This document shows positions 18,876 to 27,982 of a stretch of DNA of 64,000 nt, piece by piece (positions within the stretch are counted from its first letter, which is position 1; each line of letters opens with the position of its first letter). Under the pieces are notes generated by a model that was not told the origin of the DNA, did no database searches, and worked only from the letters and a program-made list of their open reading frames with translations. The translations under genes and the position numbers were made by a program. The stretch comes from a virus: the IMG/VR virus record IMGVR_UViG_3300007609_000008, positions 1 to 64,000 of that record. One strand, 5' to 3'.

Positions 18876-19973
18876 ATGGCAAAACGACAACGCAGTACTT
18901 ATGTTCTCCCAGAACCTAAATGGCGAGAATACAAGGAGTACACATCCGAAGAGGACCGCTCTAAGGCATTCAGTGATTGTGAATACTTCACTCACTACGA
19001 AGTTGCTGACAAGAGCGGTGTACCTCACATCAAGAAGTGGATGAAGGCAAACTATGATGCAGCAGATGTAGCTGACATTCTAAAGTTGCCTGACTCCACA
19101 TTCTATTCTATCGCTAAGTATGGTTACATCTGGTCTAAGCTAGGTTACATGCCTCAGACGCACATTGATTACCTGTTCAAGATCAAAGATGATATGGTTC
19201 AGAAAGGTAAGGCGTATGTGACTGAGAAAGAAGAAGCGCCTAAGGTAGTAGCTATCCGAAAGAACCTCGATAACTTTCTCGATGGTGTAGAAGATGCACA
19301 GGCTACAATCGTACAAGGTGGTACAGTCAAGGTAGAATCTTTTGTTGAGAGTTACAAACTCAATGCAGCAGAGATATCTACGGCTTACACTAAACTCGAT
19401 GAGTTGTCACTAGAGTGGCGTGAGCTTTTAGCACTTCGCAACATGGATAACTTAGGTGAATGGGACAAGCAATTGATTGAGGGTTACAAGCACCTCAAGC
19501 AGTCGCTACTCAAGAAACTGATTGAGTTCTACAAAGACCTACAGACAGGCTTGCTCGAAACTAAACAGTCAAAGAAGATTGTTCGTATTCGCCGCAAGAA
19601 GCCTACTGACAAGAACAAGCTAGTCCGTCGCCTTAAGTATCTCAAGGAATATCCTGAGCTTAAGTTGAAGTCGCTTGACCCTGTAGACATTATAGGCGCA
19701 AGTGAAGTGTGGGTGTATGACACTGCTCGCAAAAAGATAGGCGTGTATGCTTCAGAGTATGAAGGTACGCTCAGTGTCAAAGGTACTACTATTGATAATT
19801 ATTCTGATGCAAAGTCCTATGAAAAGACAATGCGTAAGCCTAATGATCAAGTGCCTGCATTCATGGCAGCACGTAAGAACGGACTGCACAAATTTGTTGA
19901 TACTATTCGTGGCAAGAAACTCGCAGTGAAGAAGCGACTACAGCCTACAATGGTTATCGTGAGGATCATTTAA
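18876..19973 (+). CDS. Conserved T4-like hypothetical protein
   Basis: 365-aa ORF with AGGAG RBS, upstream of rnh; WVYDTARKKIG..KTMRKP C-terminal domain. Confidence 0.65.
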   Translation: MAKRQRSTYVLPEPKWREYKEYTSEEDRSKAFSDCEYFTHYEVADKSGVPHIKKWMKANYDAADVADILKLPDSTFYSIAKYGYIWSKLGYMPQTHIDYLFKIKDDMVQKGKAYVTEKEEAPKVVAIRKNLDNFLDGVEDAQATIVQGGTVKVESFVESYKLNAAEISTAYTKLDELSLEWRELLALRNMDNLGEWDKQLIEGYKHLKQSLLKKLIEFYKDLQTGLLETKQSKKIVRIRRKKPTDKNKLVRRLKYLKEYPELKLKSLDPVDIIGASEVWVYDTARKKIGVYASEYEGTLSVKGTTIDNYSDAKSYEKTMRKPNDQVPAFMAARKNGLHKFVDTIRGKKLAVKKRLQPTMVIVRII

Positions 19974-19974
19974 T

Positions 19975-20871
19975 ATGATGGTAATAGATTATAATCAAGT
20001 AGCGATCGCAGCTTTTATGGGCGAAATGGGTGGTCGTGGTAATAAAGATATAGAAGTAAACGTGCCTCTTTTACGACACATGATACTAAACACAATTCGT
20101 TCTTACAAGAATAAATTTTCTGATGAGTTCGGTGATGAAGTAGTTATTGCATGCGATAATCGTAGGTATTGGCGCAGAGATATATTTCCATATTATAAAG
20201 CAGGTCGCAAGAAGTCAAGAGAGGACAGTGATTATGATTGGTCTGCAATTTTCGAAGCGTTACACTGTATTCGCAATGAGCTAGACGAGTTCTTTCCTTA
20301 TCCTGTGATTGATGTCGATGGGGCAGAAGCTGATGATGTGATAGGTGCTCTCGCTGAATACTCACAGACAGCAGGAGAAGGTGGTGGCTTGTTTGATGAA
20401 GGCTCACAGATTCCCTTTCTCGTACTGTCAGGCGACCATGACTTTAATCAGTTGCAAAAGTGGAGCAATGTAAAGCAGTATTCTCCTTCACAAAAGAAGT
20501 GGATCAAGATCAAAGAACCTGCTTCTTCTGTTTTGATGGAGCATATAATTACTGGTGATAAGGGTGACGGTGTGCCTAACATGCTGTCTCCTGATAACTG
20601 TTTTGTTGAAGGCATTCGACAGAAGTCTATTCGTAAAAATCTTCTTGCAGAGTGGAAAGTTACTCCGCCAGAAAAGTGGATCACTTCTGATATGTCGCAT
20701 GGATATAATCGCAATCAAATGCTCGTTGACTTATCAAAGACTCCACAAGACATCAAAAATGAGATTATAAGTAGTTATGAAAAACAGCAAGGCGGTGACC
20801 GTAGTCAACTGCTAAATTATTTTATAAAGCACAAGATGAAAGGAATGATTGAAGTGATAGGAGACTTTTAA
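19975..20871 (+). CDS. rnh: T4-like RNase H (5'-3' exonuclease)
   Basis: VIDYNQ, YKAGR, EADD, SGDHDF, GDKGDGVPN. Confidence 0.95.
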   Translation: MMVIDYNQVAIAAFMGEMGGRGNKDIEVNVPLLRHMILNTIRSYKNKFSDEFGDEVVIACDNRRYWRRDIFPYYKAGRKKSREDSDYDWSAIFEALHCIRNELDEFFPYPVIDVDGAEADDVIGALAEYSQTAGEGGGLFDEGSQIPFLVLSGDHDFNQLQKWSNVKQYSPSQKKWIKIKEPASSVLMEHIITGDKGDGVPNMLSPDNCFVEGIRQKSIRKNLLAEWKVTPPEKWITSDMSHGYNRNQMLVDLSKTPQDIKNEIISSYEKQQGGDRSQLLNYFIKHKMKGMIEVIGDF

Positions 20872-20872
20872 T

Positions 20873-21109
20873 ATGATTGTTACGAAAAAAGAATATCACC
20901 AAATGACTAGCACATTGACGTATGATGTTCCAGAAGACGCCATCATAGAAATCTTTGGCAGTATGGAATCTTTTACAGAGAATTGTAACGAAGAGTCTGA
21001 TCTGTTCTGGGGCTTCATGTGTGACTTTGATTACGACCGTGAAGATGATCTGTGGACAGATCGCAAAGGTGGCTATGATGTTGAATGGGAGTTAGAAGAT
21101 GCAGAGTAA
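20873..21109 (+). CDS. Hypothetical acidic protein
   Basis: 78-aa ORF, DLWTDRKGGYDV. Confidence 0.6.
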   Translation: MIVTKKEYHQMTSTLTYDVPEDAIIEIFGSMESFTENCNEESDLFWGFMCDFDYDREDDLWTDRKGGYDVEWELEDAE

Positions 21110-21650
21110 TTTTAGACAAGTAAACGAAGGCTTCAAATGGGTATTCGAAGCTGCAAAGCCAGATGAACAGGTGCAACGCTTAAAAACATGGGCATCTAAG
21201 AATCAAACAGTTGTGCCTTTGATTAGGCTAGGCGTAGGCGCAGAAAAAGCTGACTGGAGACTTCCAGAAGGTATGCCAGAGACAGCTAAAATTCTAGACG
21301 ATATTCCTGAAGGCATGGGAGAAACTACACTCATGCTCGAATGGAGAAGAGTTAAGCAGTTTATTGATCCCAAAAGCAACATGAATAATCTACCTGATTG
21401 GAAACGTGAGCAGCAGTGGATTAATATCTTAGAAGCTATTCAAGTAGAAGAAGCAAAGATCCTTACTGCGGTAAAAGATGGAGAACTATTGAAACTCTAT
21501 CCTAAACTAGAGAAGTGTCTGCCTATTCTTGGTATAGAGGAGTATAATAAACCGCCTCGAAAAAGTACCAAAAAGAAAACGGCTAAGACTACTACTAAAA
21601 AGCCTCGTGCCAAGAAAGAAAAGTCGACCGCAGACGAAGTGGTTGTCTGA
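21099..21650 (+). CDS. Conserved T4-like protein (DUF6433-like)
   Basis: LPEG.P...KREQQWINILEAI..EEAKILTAVKDG.L. Confidence 0.65.
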   Translation: MQSNFRQVNEGFKWVFEAAKPDEQVQRLKTWASKNQTVVPLIRLGVGAEKADWRLPEGMPETAKILDDIPEGMGETTLMLEWRRVKQFIDPKSNMNNLPDWKREQQWINILEAIQVEEAKILTAVKDGELLKLYPKLEKCLPILGIEEYNKPPRKSTKKKTAKTTTKKPRAKKEKSTADEVVV

Positions 21651-21693
21651 TAAGAAATACAGAGAATTTATTTTGAGGTCTAACTCTTAGAAT

Positions 21694-22212
21694 TTATTGT
21701 AGATCATCTGGTTTGTAGGGATCGTAAAACATACCAAGTTGATATCCATCAGGCACAGGTTCATGTTCTGGTATTTTAGTTGGGCCATCGGGCGAGCATA
21801 TCCATTTATACTTGCCCCTGGCTCTTCTTTTCTCTGACATTTTTTGTCTAGTAGAGTCTCGATGCTTGTGACCATACATGGGATTATTTTCTCCCCTGCG
21901 AGTACCAGCCATTGTCTTCGATACTTTGTCACGGAACTCTTGTGATCTACCATTAATTCTTGCGGGATGCTTGTCGCCCATTTTAGCTTCTGCTATGCGC
22001 TTTCTTCCCTCTTCAGTGTGTTTGCGAGTTCTGGCTCGTGCAGTGTCGTGTGTGATCTCAATCTTCATCTTAGCAGCAGCTTTTCGTATCTGCTCAACGT
22101 TAGATCCCCGTAGAATCATTTCACGAGGCTTCGGCACAGTGTCAACCTTCGTGTTATCTACAATGAAGTATTCGTCTCGGTGCTTGAATATAAAAAAGAT
22201 TGTAGCTGCCAT
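21694..22212 (-). CDS. NUMOD3-motif protein (homing-endonuclease-like DNA-binding module)
   Basis: KHTEEGRKRIAEAK and NPMYGHKHRDSTRQKMSE repeats; C-terminal W...IP....PDGYQLG. Confidence 0.7.
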   Translation of the reverse strand: MAATIFFIFKHRDEYFIVDNTKVDTVPKPREMILRGSNVEQIRKAAAKMKIEITHDTARARTRKHTEEGRKRIAEAKMGDKHPARINGRSQEFRDKVSKTMAGTRRGENNPMYGHKHRDSTRQKMSEKRRARGKYKWICSPDGPTKIPEHEPVPDGYQLGMFYDPYKPDDLQ

Positions 22213-23036
22213 TATATAATGCTCGTACCTCTGATGGGTTTTCCTTGCAGACGATAACTAGCCATCACATCAATTGTAGTTGGTTTAGGATTAGAAGCGG
22301 GAGCATTTAATCCTCTTGGTTGTATTCTGACTTCTAACTTTGCAGTAAGATTTGATAACTTATTAAATTCGGTCTTTGATCCAAATATGGTAGCAATTTG
22401 TGTGAGTTCTTTTTTTGTAAGAGACCCAGTACTGTCAACAATCCATATTTCTTTGCCTATCATCATAGCCAATACATTTTTTCTTATACCTGGTCTGATG
22501 TTCTTTTTAAATTTTGACTTGTAATGAGAAATAATTTTATTGCCCAGTGTATTACTGGAGATGTTAGCAACATTATAATTCTCTGTGTTGTTCGCAAAGT
22601 TTTCTGTCAATGGTCTTCTTGCAAATTTGTCAGGAACGATACTCAACATGCCACTTGATATTTCTTTTGTCTTTGCATGAAAATATTTTTTAAAATCTTT
22701 GAGAAGCCTTTTACCATTTGCAACTGCTTCTGGTGTATTATTCATCAAGGTTATCAATTCTTGTTTTGCTTCTGATTTCTTATCTGGTGTATAGAATTTA
22801 CTACCATCAAAACGCCAGTCACGCATACTGCCCATCTGTGCGGTATGTGAATTTTTGTATTCGATATGGACATCAACTTTATTCTTATCGTCCAAATTAA
22901 TGGTAAAGCCAAAGTCAGGAAAGCCAGCATCAGCGCCCATAGGCTCGGCAAAAGATGGATGATTTTTGCCCAGTCTCTTTTTCAGTGCCTTGAATGCGGC
23001 TATTTCATCGTCAAATGCTTTGGTATTAGCGCCCAT
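22212..23036 (-). CDS. Putative PD-(D/E)xK endonuclease
   Basis: GFPDFGF...HIEYKN spacing. Confidence 0.55.
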   Translation of the reverse strand: MGANTKAFDDEIAAFKALKKRLGKNHPSFAEPMGADAGFPDFGFTINLDDKNKVDVHIEYKNSHTAQMGSMRDWRFDGSKFYTPDKKSEAKQELITLMNNTPEAVANGKRLLKDFKKYFHAKTKEISSGMLSIVPDKFARRPLTENFANNTENYNVANISSNTLGNKIISHYKSKFKKNIRPGIRKNVLAMMIGKEIWIVDSTGSLTKKELTQIATIFGSKTEFNKLSNLTAKLEVRIQPRGLNAPASNPKPTTIDVMASYRLQGKPIRGTSII

Positions 23037-23061
23037 TTTACTCTCCTAAACTGTCTTTTAC

Positions 23062-23069
23062 TATTTATA
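23062..23069 (-). promoter_or_regulatory. T4-type late promoter TATAAATA
   Basis: TATTTATA on + strand, upstream of GGAGAG RBS and ATG 23036. Confidence 0.75.
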
Positions 23070-23073
23070 ATAC

Positions 23074-23102
23074 TTGACATTATACGCCAAACCTGTCATA
23101 AT
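23074..23102 (+). promoter_or_regulatory. Early promoter cassette
   Basis: TTGACA-17-CATAAT followed by ACAAACTGA leader shared with 31.5-34.4 kb cassettes. Confidence 0.85.
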
Positions 23103-23132
23103 AGTACTACAAACTGATAAAGGAGTCAAGAA

Positions 23133-23279
23133 ATGACCAAAGATATTCTAATCGAAATGCTATTCTCAACCGAACAGGCACTGGAGAACTACTACACCAC
23201 TGGAAGCAGCTATGACATAGAAGCTGCGGAACAGCAGTGTGCTGACCTTGAAAGACAGCTCGCAACGCTAAGTGATTGA
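23133..23279 (+). CDS. Small early protein, 48 aa (not in ORF track)
   Basis: AGGAG RBS; MTKDILIEMLFSTEQALENYY...ATLSD. Confidence 0.7.
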   Translation: MTKDILIEMLFSTEQALENYYTTGSSYDIEAAEQQCADLERQLATLSD

Positions 23280-23327
23280 TTTTGTTGAAGAAATTAATTT
23301 ACAAACCTCAATTAAATCAAAGACTTA
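23269..23327. repeat. TAAGTnnTTGATTT inverted-repeat element
   Basis: TAAGTGATTGATTT-31 bp-AAATCAAAGACTTA directly before a promoter. Confidence 0.8.
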
Positions 23328-23332
23328 CGAAT

Positions 23333-23361
23333 TTGACTTTCTTTGCTGCCTGTAGTATAAT
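23333..23361 (+). promoter_or_regulatory. Early promoter
   Basis: TTGACT-17-TATAAT, leader ACAAAATGAGAAAAGGAAC. Confidence 0.8.
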
Positions 23362-23387
23362 GTATGTACAAAATGAGAAAAGGAACT

Positions 23388-23924
23388 GAAATGATATTAA
23401 TTAGTACAATAGGTGGCACAGAAAAGCAGCGTGACTTGGGTGACAGAGCAATCAGGCACTTCATCAAAGCACTCATGCCTCGTAAGCGTAAACTCACAAT
23501 CGACCTGCAAATCAAGAATCTAATCAAAGATGACATTGCGGGTCTGTGTGAGCATATAGGCGGCAACGAGGTTGTGATTGAGTCACACCACAGGGGCTCT
23601 CTGTATGACTACATTAGCTTTCTAGCACATGAATCTGTACACATGAAACAATATGTTACTGGTCAGTTGAAGACAACAGACAAGGCATTGTTGTGGAATG
23701 GTGAGGACATGACAGATGTCCCTTACAAGAAACAGCCTTGGGAAGTTGAGGCATGGAATAGTCAACATAACCTAGCAAAAGATTTTATTAAAAACGAATT
23801 GGGCATGACACTCAAACTAGCAAAAGAAACGAGTCCTAGAACATTGAAAGAAATGAACTGGAATCAAGAGGCTCTCTTTCTAGATAAGGTGATCGCAGCT
23901 CAAGCAAAAAGGAAAAAGAAATGA
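23388..23924 (+). CDS. Putative zinc metallopeptidase
   Basis: LAHESVHMKQY (HExxH) and PWEVEAW; start placed after AAGGA RBS. Confidence 0.7.
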   Translation, partial: EMILISTIGGTEKQRDLGDRAIRHFIKALMPRKRKLTIDLQIKNLIKDDIAGLCEHIGGNEVVIESHHRGSLYDYISFLAHESVHMKQYVTGQLKTTDKALLWNGEDMTDVPYKKQPWEVEAWNSQHNLAKDFIKNELGMTLKLAKETSPRTLKEMNWNQEALFLDKVIAAQAKRKKK

Positions 23925-24526
23925 TGAGAAAAGAAAATATAATACTCACAGACATTGACGGTTGCGTCCTTGATTGGGAGTTTGCGTTTCATAGTTGGAT
24001 GGAGATGCAAGGTCATGAGCTAGACACGAAAGATGTTTACTCGATGGCGATTGCATATCAAATGGCTCCTGACAAAGTAAAACGAATGATTAAGACATTC
24101 AACGAGTCAGCAGCAATCGGCTTCTTGCCTCCGCTTCGTGACGCTCAGTACTATATAAAGAAGCTACACGAGAAGAAGCAGTATCGCTTCGTTGCTATCA
24201 CTAGCCTCAGTCTTGATCCTTACGCAAAACTCTTGCGTGAGCGCAATCTCAAGAAGATATTTGGACCAAACACATTCAAAGAAGTTATCTGTTTGGAGTG
24301 TGGTGCAGACAAAGACGATGCGCTTGGTCATGCAGCAGTGAAGTACCCTGGTGCAGTGTGGATCGAAGACAAAGCAGAGAACGCTGATGTTGGTGCTTCT
24401 TTGGGTCTTGATACATATCTAATGGAACATGCTCACAACATGGACTACAAAGGCAAAGCTCGTAAAGTGAAGAACTGGCAAGAACTTTACGGTCTAATAC
24501 TAAGAGGCAAGCCAGTCTGGCCTTAA
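23921..24526 (+). CDS. HAD-family 5'-nucleotidase-like (T4 30.2-like)
   Basis: TDIDGCVLDW, WIEDK. Confidence 0.8.
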   Translation: MMRKENIILTDIDGCVLDWEFAFHSWMEMQGHELDTKDVYSMAIAYQMAPDKVKRMIKTFNESAAIGFLPPLRDAQYYIKKLHEKKQYRFVAITSLSLDPYAKLLRERNLKKIFGPNTFKEVICLECGADKDDALGHAAVKYPGAVWIEDKAENADVGASLGLDTYLMEHAHNMDYKGKARKVKNWQELYGLILRGKPVWP

Positions 24527-24535
24527 GGATAAACT

Positions 24536-24640
24536 ATGTTAATTAACATCTCAATTGAAATTGATACTCAACGAGACGCAGAAGAATTGCGTACTATCAT
24601 GGAATTGATTCAACAAATACAGGATAAAGAAAATGCTTAG
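24536..24640 (+). CDS. Small protein, 34 aa (not in ORF track)
   Basis: AAGGA RBS; MLINISIEIDTQRDAEELRTIMELIQQIQDKENA. Confidence 0.55.
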   Translation: MLINISIEIDTQRDAEELRTIMELIQQIQDKENA

Positions 24641-24992
24641 TGATACAATCGAAACAACCTATGCAGTCACGCTAGTAGAACAAATCAAGCGTTGGCACTA
24701 TGACCGCAACCTCATCGAAGGTGCAACTGACAAGGATCAGGTGTGTAAACTGATTCAAGAAGTCGGCGAACTGTCTGACAATGTGTGCAAGCAGAAGGAC
24801 ATTCGTGATGACATTGGTGACATCATTGTGGTACTTATAAATATCGCAGAACGCAACAACGTCAGTTTGACTGAATGTTTAGATAAAGCGTATGACGATA
24901 TCAAAGACCGCAAGGGTATGATGGTAGACGGCATCTTTGTCAAAGAAGAAGATGATGTCATCAAACTCACTGCCGAATGCGCAGAAGAATGA
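24633..24992 (+). CDS. mazG: MazG-like nucleotide pyrophosphohydrolase
   Basis: KLIQEVGEL...DDIGD...AYDDIKDRKG. Confidence 0.88.
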   Translation: MLSDTIETTYAVTLVEQIKRWHYDRNLIEGATDKDQVCKLIQEVGELSDNVCKQKDIRDDIGDIIVVLINIAERNNVSLTECLDKAYDDIKDRKGMMVDGIFVKEEDDVIKLTAECAEE

Positions 24993-25138
24993 TTCTGTGC
25001 CACTGTAACAATGTCCGAACAGCCGATACGCACAAATATCACCTAATAGGAACTGAGTGTGGAAACTGCATACAACGAAAAAGCACCGATGACTTTAAAA
25101 ATGATAAGACCAGACGTTCCTGTCTGGAAAATAAATAA
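24989..25138 (+). CDS. Minimal Bfd-like (2Fe-2S) protein, 49 aa (not in ORF track)
   Basis: ATGA overlap with mazG; MILCHCNNV...GTECGNCI gives CxC...CxxC. Confidence 0.55.
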   Translation: MILCHCNNVRTADTHKYHLIGTECGNCIQRKSTDDFKNDKTRRSCLENK

Positions 25139-25664
25139 TTTTTATCTTCCTGAAGTTTCTTTTGAGAATGAAAATGCAATTGACCAAGGAAACAATCAAG
25201 ACAGATACATGTCTTCAATAAAAGATTCTGATAAAGATAGTTTTAAAAAGGCTTGGCTTGAAAATATTTCAGTTATAGTACAGCACATTCAAGACCAAGC
25301 AAAAACTCAGTTAGTTTACGATATGTGGTTGAACTTTTTAAAAGATTTGAAAGTCGATAGTTTACCAGATATTTTTATTGATCGTCCAGGCTTCAATATG
25401 GGCAAACACATTGATAACAGATTTATTATAGGCACTGTCATAGTAAATTTAAAAGATAATCCAAAAAGCAGCGGCACACATTTTTGGAACAGTATCGATG
25501 AACCTATTCCCTGGTACTCTGGGCCAGTAAAAAAGCATACGGGCATTCTGATGCTAAACAATGTCAATACATTACATTCTATTAACATTAATAAAAATGA
25601 AGAAGATGTAAGACACATAGCTTACGAAAATATTTGTGTTTCTGATCTTTTTAAAGGGTATTAA
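25089..25664 (+). CDS. 2OG-Fe(II) oxygenase-like protein
   Basis: GKHIDNR (HxD), LHSI distal His, VRH; paralog of 54445..55053. Confidence 0.6.
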   Translation: MTLKMIRPDVPVWKINNFYLPEVSFENENAIDQGNNQDRYMSSIKDSDKDSFKKAWLENISVIVQHIQDQAKTQLVYDMWLNFLKDLKVDSLPDIFIDRPGFNMGKHIDNRFIIGTVIVNLKDNPKSSGTHFWNSIDEPIPWYSGPVKKHTGILMLNNVNTLHSININKNEEDVRHIAYENICVSDLFKGY

Positions 25665-25667
25665 AAA

Positions 25668-25850
25668 ATGACTATGGAACTCTACTACGCTGCAACGCTA
25701 TTCCTAATGATAGGTTGTGGCTACATGTCTTTTACTATTGGTCGCAGAGAAGGTGTCATGCGCTTTCTGGCTTACCTGGAAGACTTTACTGATAAGAACG
25801 GCATGGTAAAGGTACGGTTGACTGACACCACATTCGAGGTCATTAAATGA
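25668..25850 (+). CDS. Small membrane protein
   Basis: N-terminal TM helix; ATGA overlap with next gene. Confidence 0.6.
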   Translation: MTMELYYAATLFLMIGCGYMSFTIGRREGVMRFLAYLEDFTDKNGMVKVRLTDTTFEVIK

Positions 25851-26584
25851 GCTCCATATGGACATTTGGTGACTCAGCGGTTGAAAGAAATATTCGTCTG
25901 CGGCCAGATATGCCAAACCATGAAACATGGACTGAAATTCTAGCTAAAAAACTTGGCATGAAATTACAGGATTATTCATGGGGTGGCAGTAGTCTTGATT
26001 TTACTTATTATCAATACAGAAATAATCTGTCTCGCTTCAATAAAGGCGATATAATTATTATTGGGTTGACTGACTTGTGTAGAGGTTGGTTTTACGAAAA
26101 GACTCCCAATCTTTCATCGCAACATAGAATAAATTCCAGTGAATATGTATCAGATGATCACAAAAAAGCCATCGACATTTATTTCAACGATTTTTTCAGA
26201 GAGGATGTAGAAACACACATACTACATAACTTTCTCGATACTTTGGTGTATCATCAAGAAAAATATGGTGTAAAAATTATCACATTCTCTACTGAAAAAT
26301 ACACATATGACCGAGTAAATATACCCAAGGAACTTACAGGTGCAAATGGTGTACTGTGGCAAGATGCATCGATGGGTGAAGTCATAGAAGGTAGAGAAGC
26401 ATACGATAAAATATTCTACAACATCCAATATGGCAAGAAAACTGATACTAGATTAAATCATGTTTCAGAACCTAATCATGCCATATGGGCAGATAAAATG
26501 TACGAGTCTATTCACACTGGTGAGCCAATGGACTTTACCACTGGCTTTCTTAAAAACATAATGAGCGTAAAGGAATTAGAATGA
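25847..26584 (+). CDS. SGNH/GDSL-like hydrolase or acyltransferase
   Basis: WTFGDS, GGSS, C-terminal NH..E.NH.IWA; paralog of 29599..30333. Confidence 0.65.
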   Translation: MSSIWTFGDSAVERNIRLRPDMPNHETWTEILAKKLGMKLQDYSWGGSSLDFTYYQYRNNLSRFNKGDIIIIGLTDLCRGWFYEKTPNLSSQHRINSSEYVSDDHKKAIDIYFNDFFREDVETHILHNFLDTLVYHQEKYGVKIITFSTEKYTYDRVNIPKELTGANGVLWQDASMGEVIEGREAYDKIFYNIQYGKKTDTRLNHVSEPNHAIWADKMYESIHTGEPMDFTTGFLKNIMSVKELE

Positions 26585-26841
26585 GCACAATGATGAGACC
26601 TACCCGTGATGTGGTAGTATTTGGTTTTGAGAAAAAAGAAAATGTAAGTGAAGGTGGTATTGTACTTCAAGAATCAACTAAACTAGAATCAGCAATTGGT
26701 ACAGTCATGGGCGTAGGTCCAGACGTGAAAGATGTTTTTCTTTCTGATAGAATTGTAGCTGATTGGTCAAAAGCGCAAGACATTGGCAACAATTTAATGG
26801 CAATTGAAGAAGAACACATTCAAATTGTCCTGGGTGAGTAA
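26581..26841 (+). CDS. groES: Co-chaperonin GroES-like
   Basis: RPTRD.V...SEGGIVL mobile loop, GTVMGVGP, IEEEHI. Confidence 0.8.
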   Translation: MSTMMRPTRDVVVFGFEKKENVSEGGIVLQESTKLESAIGTVMGVGPDVKDVFLSDRIVADWSKAQDIGNNLMAIEEEHIQIVLGE

Positions 26842-27431
26842 TGAATAATTACATAAGAGAAAACATTCTCTTTCCTCTTACTGAAAAAGATATTAAAGTT
26901 TTTAGTGAATGTGTCGAGCATCCAAAAAATGCTCGTTTAGTGCATCATGCGATAAAGGATAAAAAAATCCTCCGAACTGATTTCACGAAGAACATGATAC
27001 GCCTAGCCAAGCTGCTTGATTTAGAAGTAGCAAGTATTACAGCATTTACGGGCAGGGCAGGTGAAAATTCAGCTCCTCACATTGACGGCGAACCTGGTAA
27101 GTCTTACTCATGGCGCCTGGCTTATTATGCATCGGGAGACAACAGCTATCTGAATTGGTGGCGTGTAGGCCCTGCGTTGGAGCATGTTACACTGGATCTG
27201 AACAATCAAAGAGCCAAAGAAACAGACACTCCTACTGGTTATTCTATTATAGACACACATAAAAAAGTCTACACGCAAGAGATCAACATGGAGTCAGCCT
27301 TTGTGCGTACTGACATTCCACACTCAGTTGACATGCGAGAATCAAAAGAGGATCGTCTCACAATATCAGCTACCTTTTTTCCTCACATCTCATGGGAAGA
27401 AATTAACAAGAGACTGGACAAACTATGCTAG
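26841..27431 (+). CDS. 2OG-Fe(II)/cupin-like oxygenase
   Basis: APHIDG, IPHSV, RLTIS. Confidence 0.6.
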   Translation: MNNYIRENILFPLTEKDIKVFSECVEHPKNARLVHHAIKDKKILRTDFTKNMIRLAKLLDLEVASITAFTGRAGENSAPHIDGEPGKSYSWRLAYYASGDNSYLNWWRVGPALEHVTLDLNNQRAKETDTPTGYSIIDTHKKVYTQEINMESAFVRTDIPHSVDMRESKEDRLTISATFFPHISWEEINKRLDKLC

Positions 27432-27976
27432 TAGCAATCACAGGACATGCAAAAGGTATCGGTGCAGCTATAACAGAAGCCCTCACTGAAAAGGGCCATA
27501 CCGTTATGGGCTTTGATCTAGAAACTGATGATGATATACGAGATCCCGACTCAATTGTAGAACAAGCAAAAATTGCAGATGTTTTTATTAACAATGCGTA
27601 TGTCCCTGGCGCACAAATTCTCATGCTACAAAAAATATTTGAAGAATGGAAAGACGATTCAACAAAAACGATTATTAACATGGGAAGCAAAGCCAAGTAT
27701 TTTCCTGTAGGACATAATCAAGCTACACCTGCCATGACTCAGTACACATTATACAAAAGAATGATAACTGAAGAGTTTCAGCGTATGCAATTTTATTCAA
27801 AGAAACAATGCAGACTCATAGGTATAAATCCTGGCTTTGTTGACACTGAAATGACAAAAGATTTGCAAATTTTAAAATTGACACCAGAAGCAGTGGCTGA
27901 TGCAATTGTATGGGCATTAGAGATGCCACAAGACGTAGAAATTGGCGAACTCAGCATATGGACACGAGAGCAATAA
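27425..27976 (+). CDS. Short-chain dehydrogenase/reductase
   Basis: TGHAKGIG, FINNAY, YTLYK (YxxxK), INPGFVDTEM. Confidence 0.88.
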   Translation: MLVAITGHAKGIGAAITEALTEKGHTVMGFDLETDDDIRDPDSIVEQAKIADVFINNAYVPGAQILMLQKIFEEWKDDSTKTIINMGSKAKYFPVGHNQATPAMTQYTLYKRMITEEFQRMQFYSKKQCRLIGINPGFVDTEMTKDLQILKLTPEAVADAIVWALEMPQDVEIGELSIWTREQ

Positions 27977-27982
27977 CGAAGC

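Noticed and set aside
21878-22219. + strand 113-aa ORF and similar short nested or antisense ORFs in the track
   Set aside because: Fully overlap well-supported genes on another frame or strand and lack RBS and motifs
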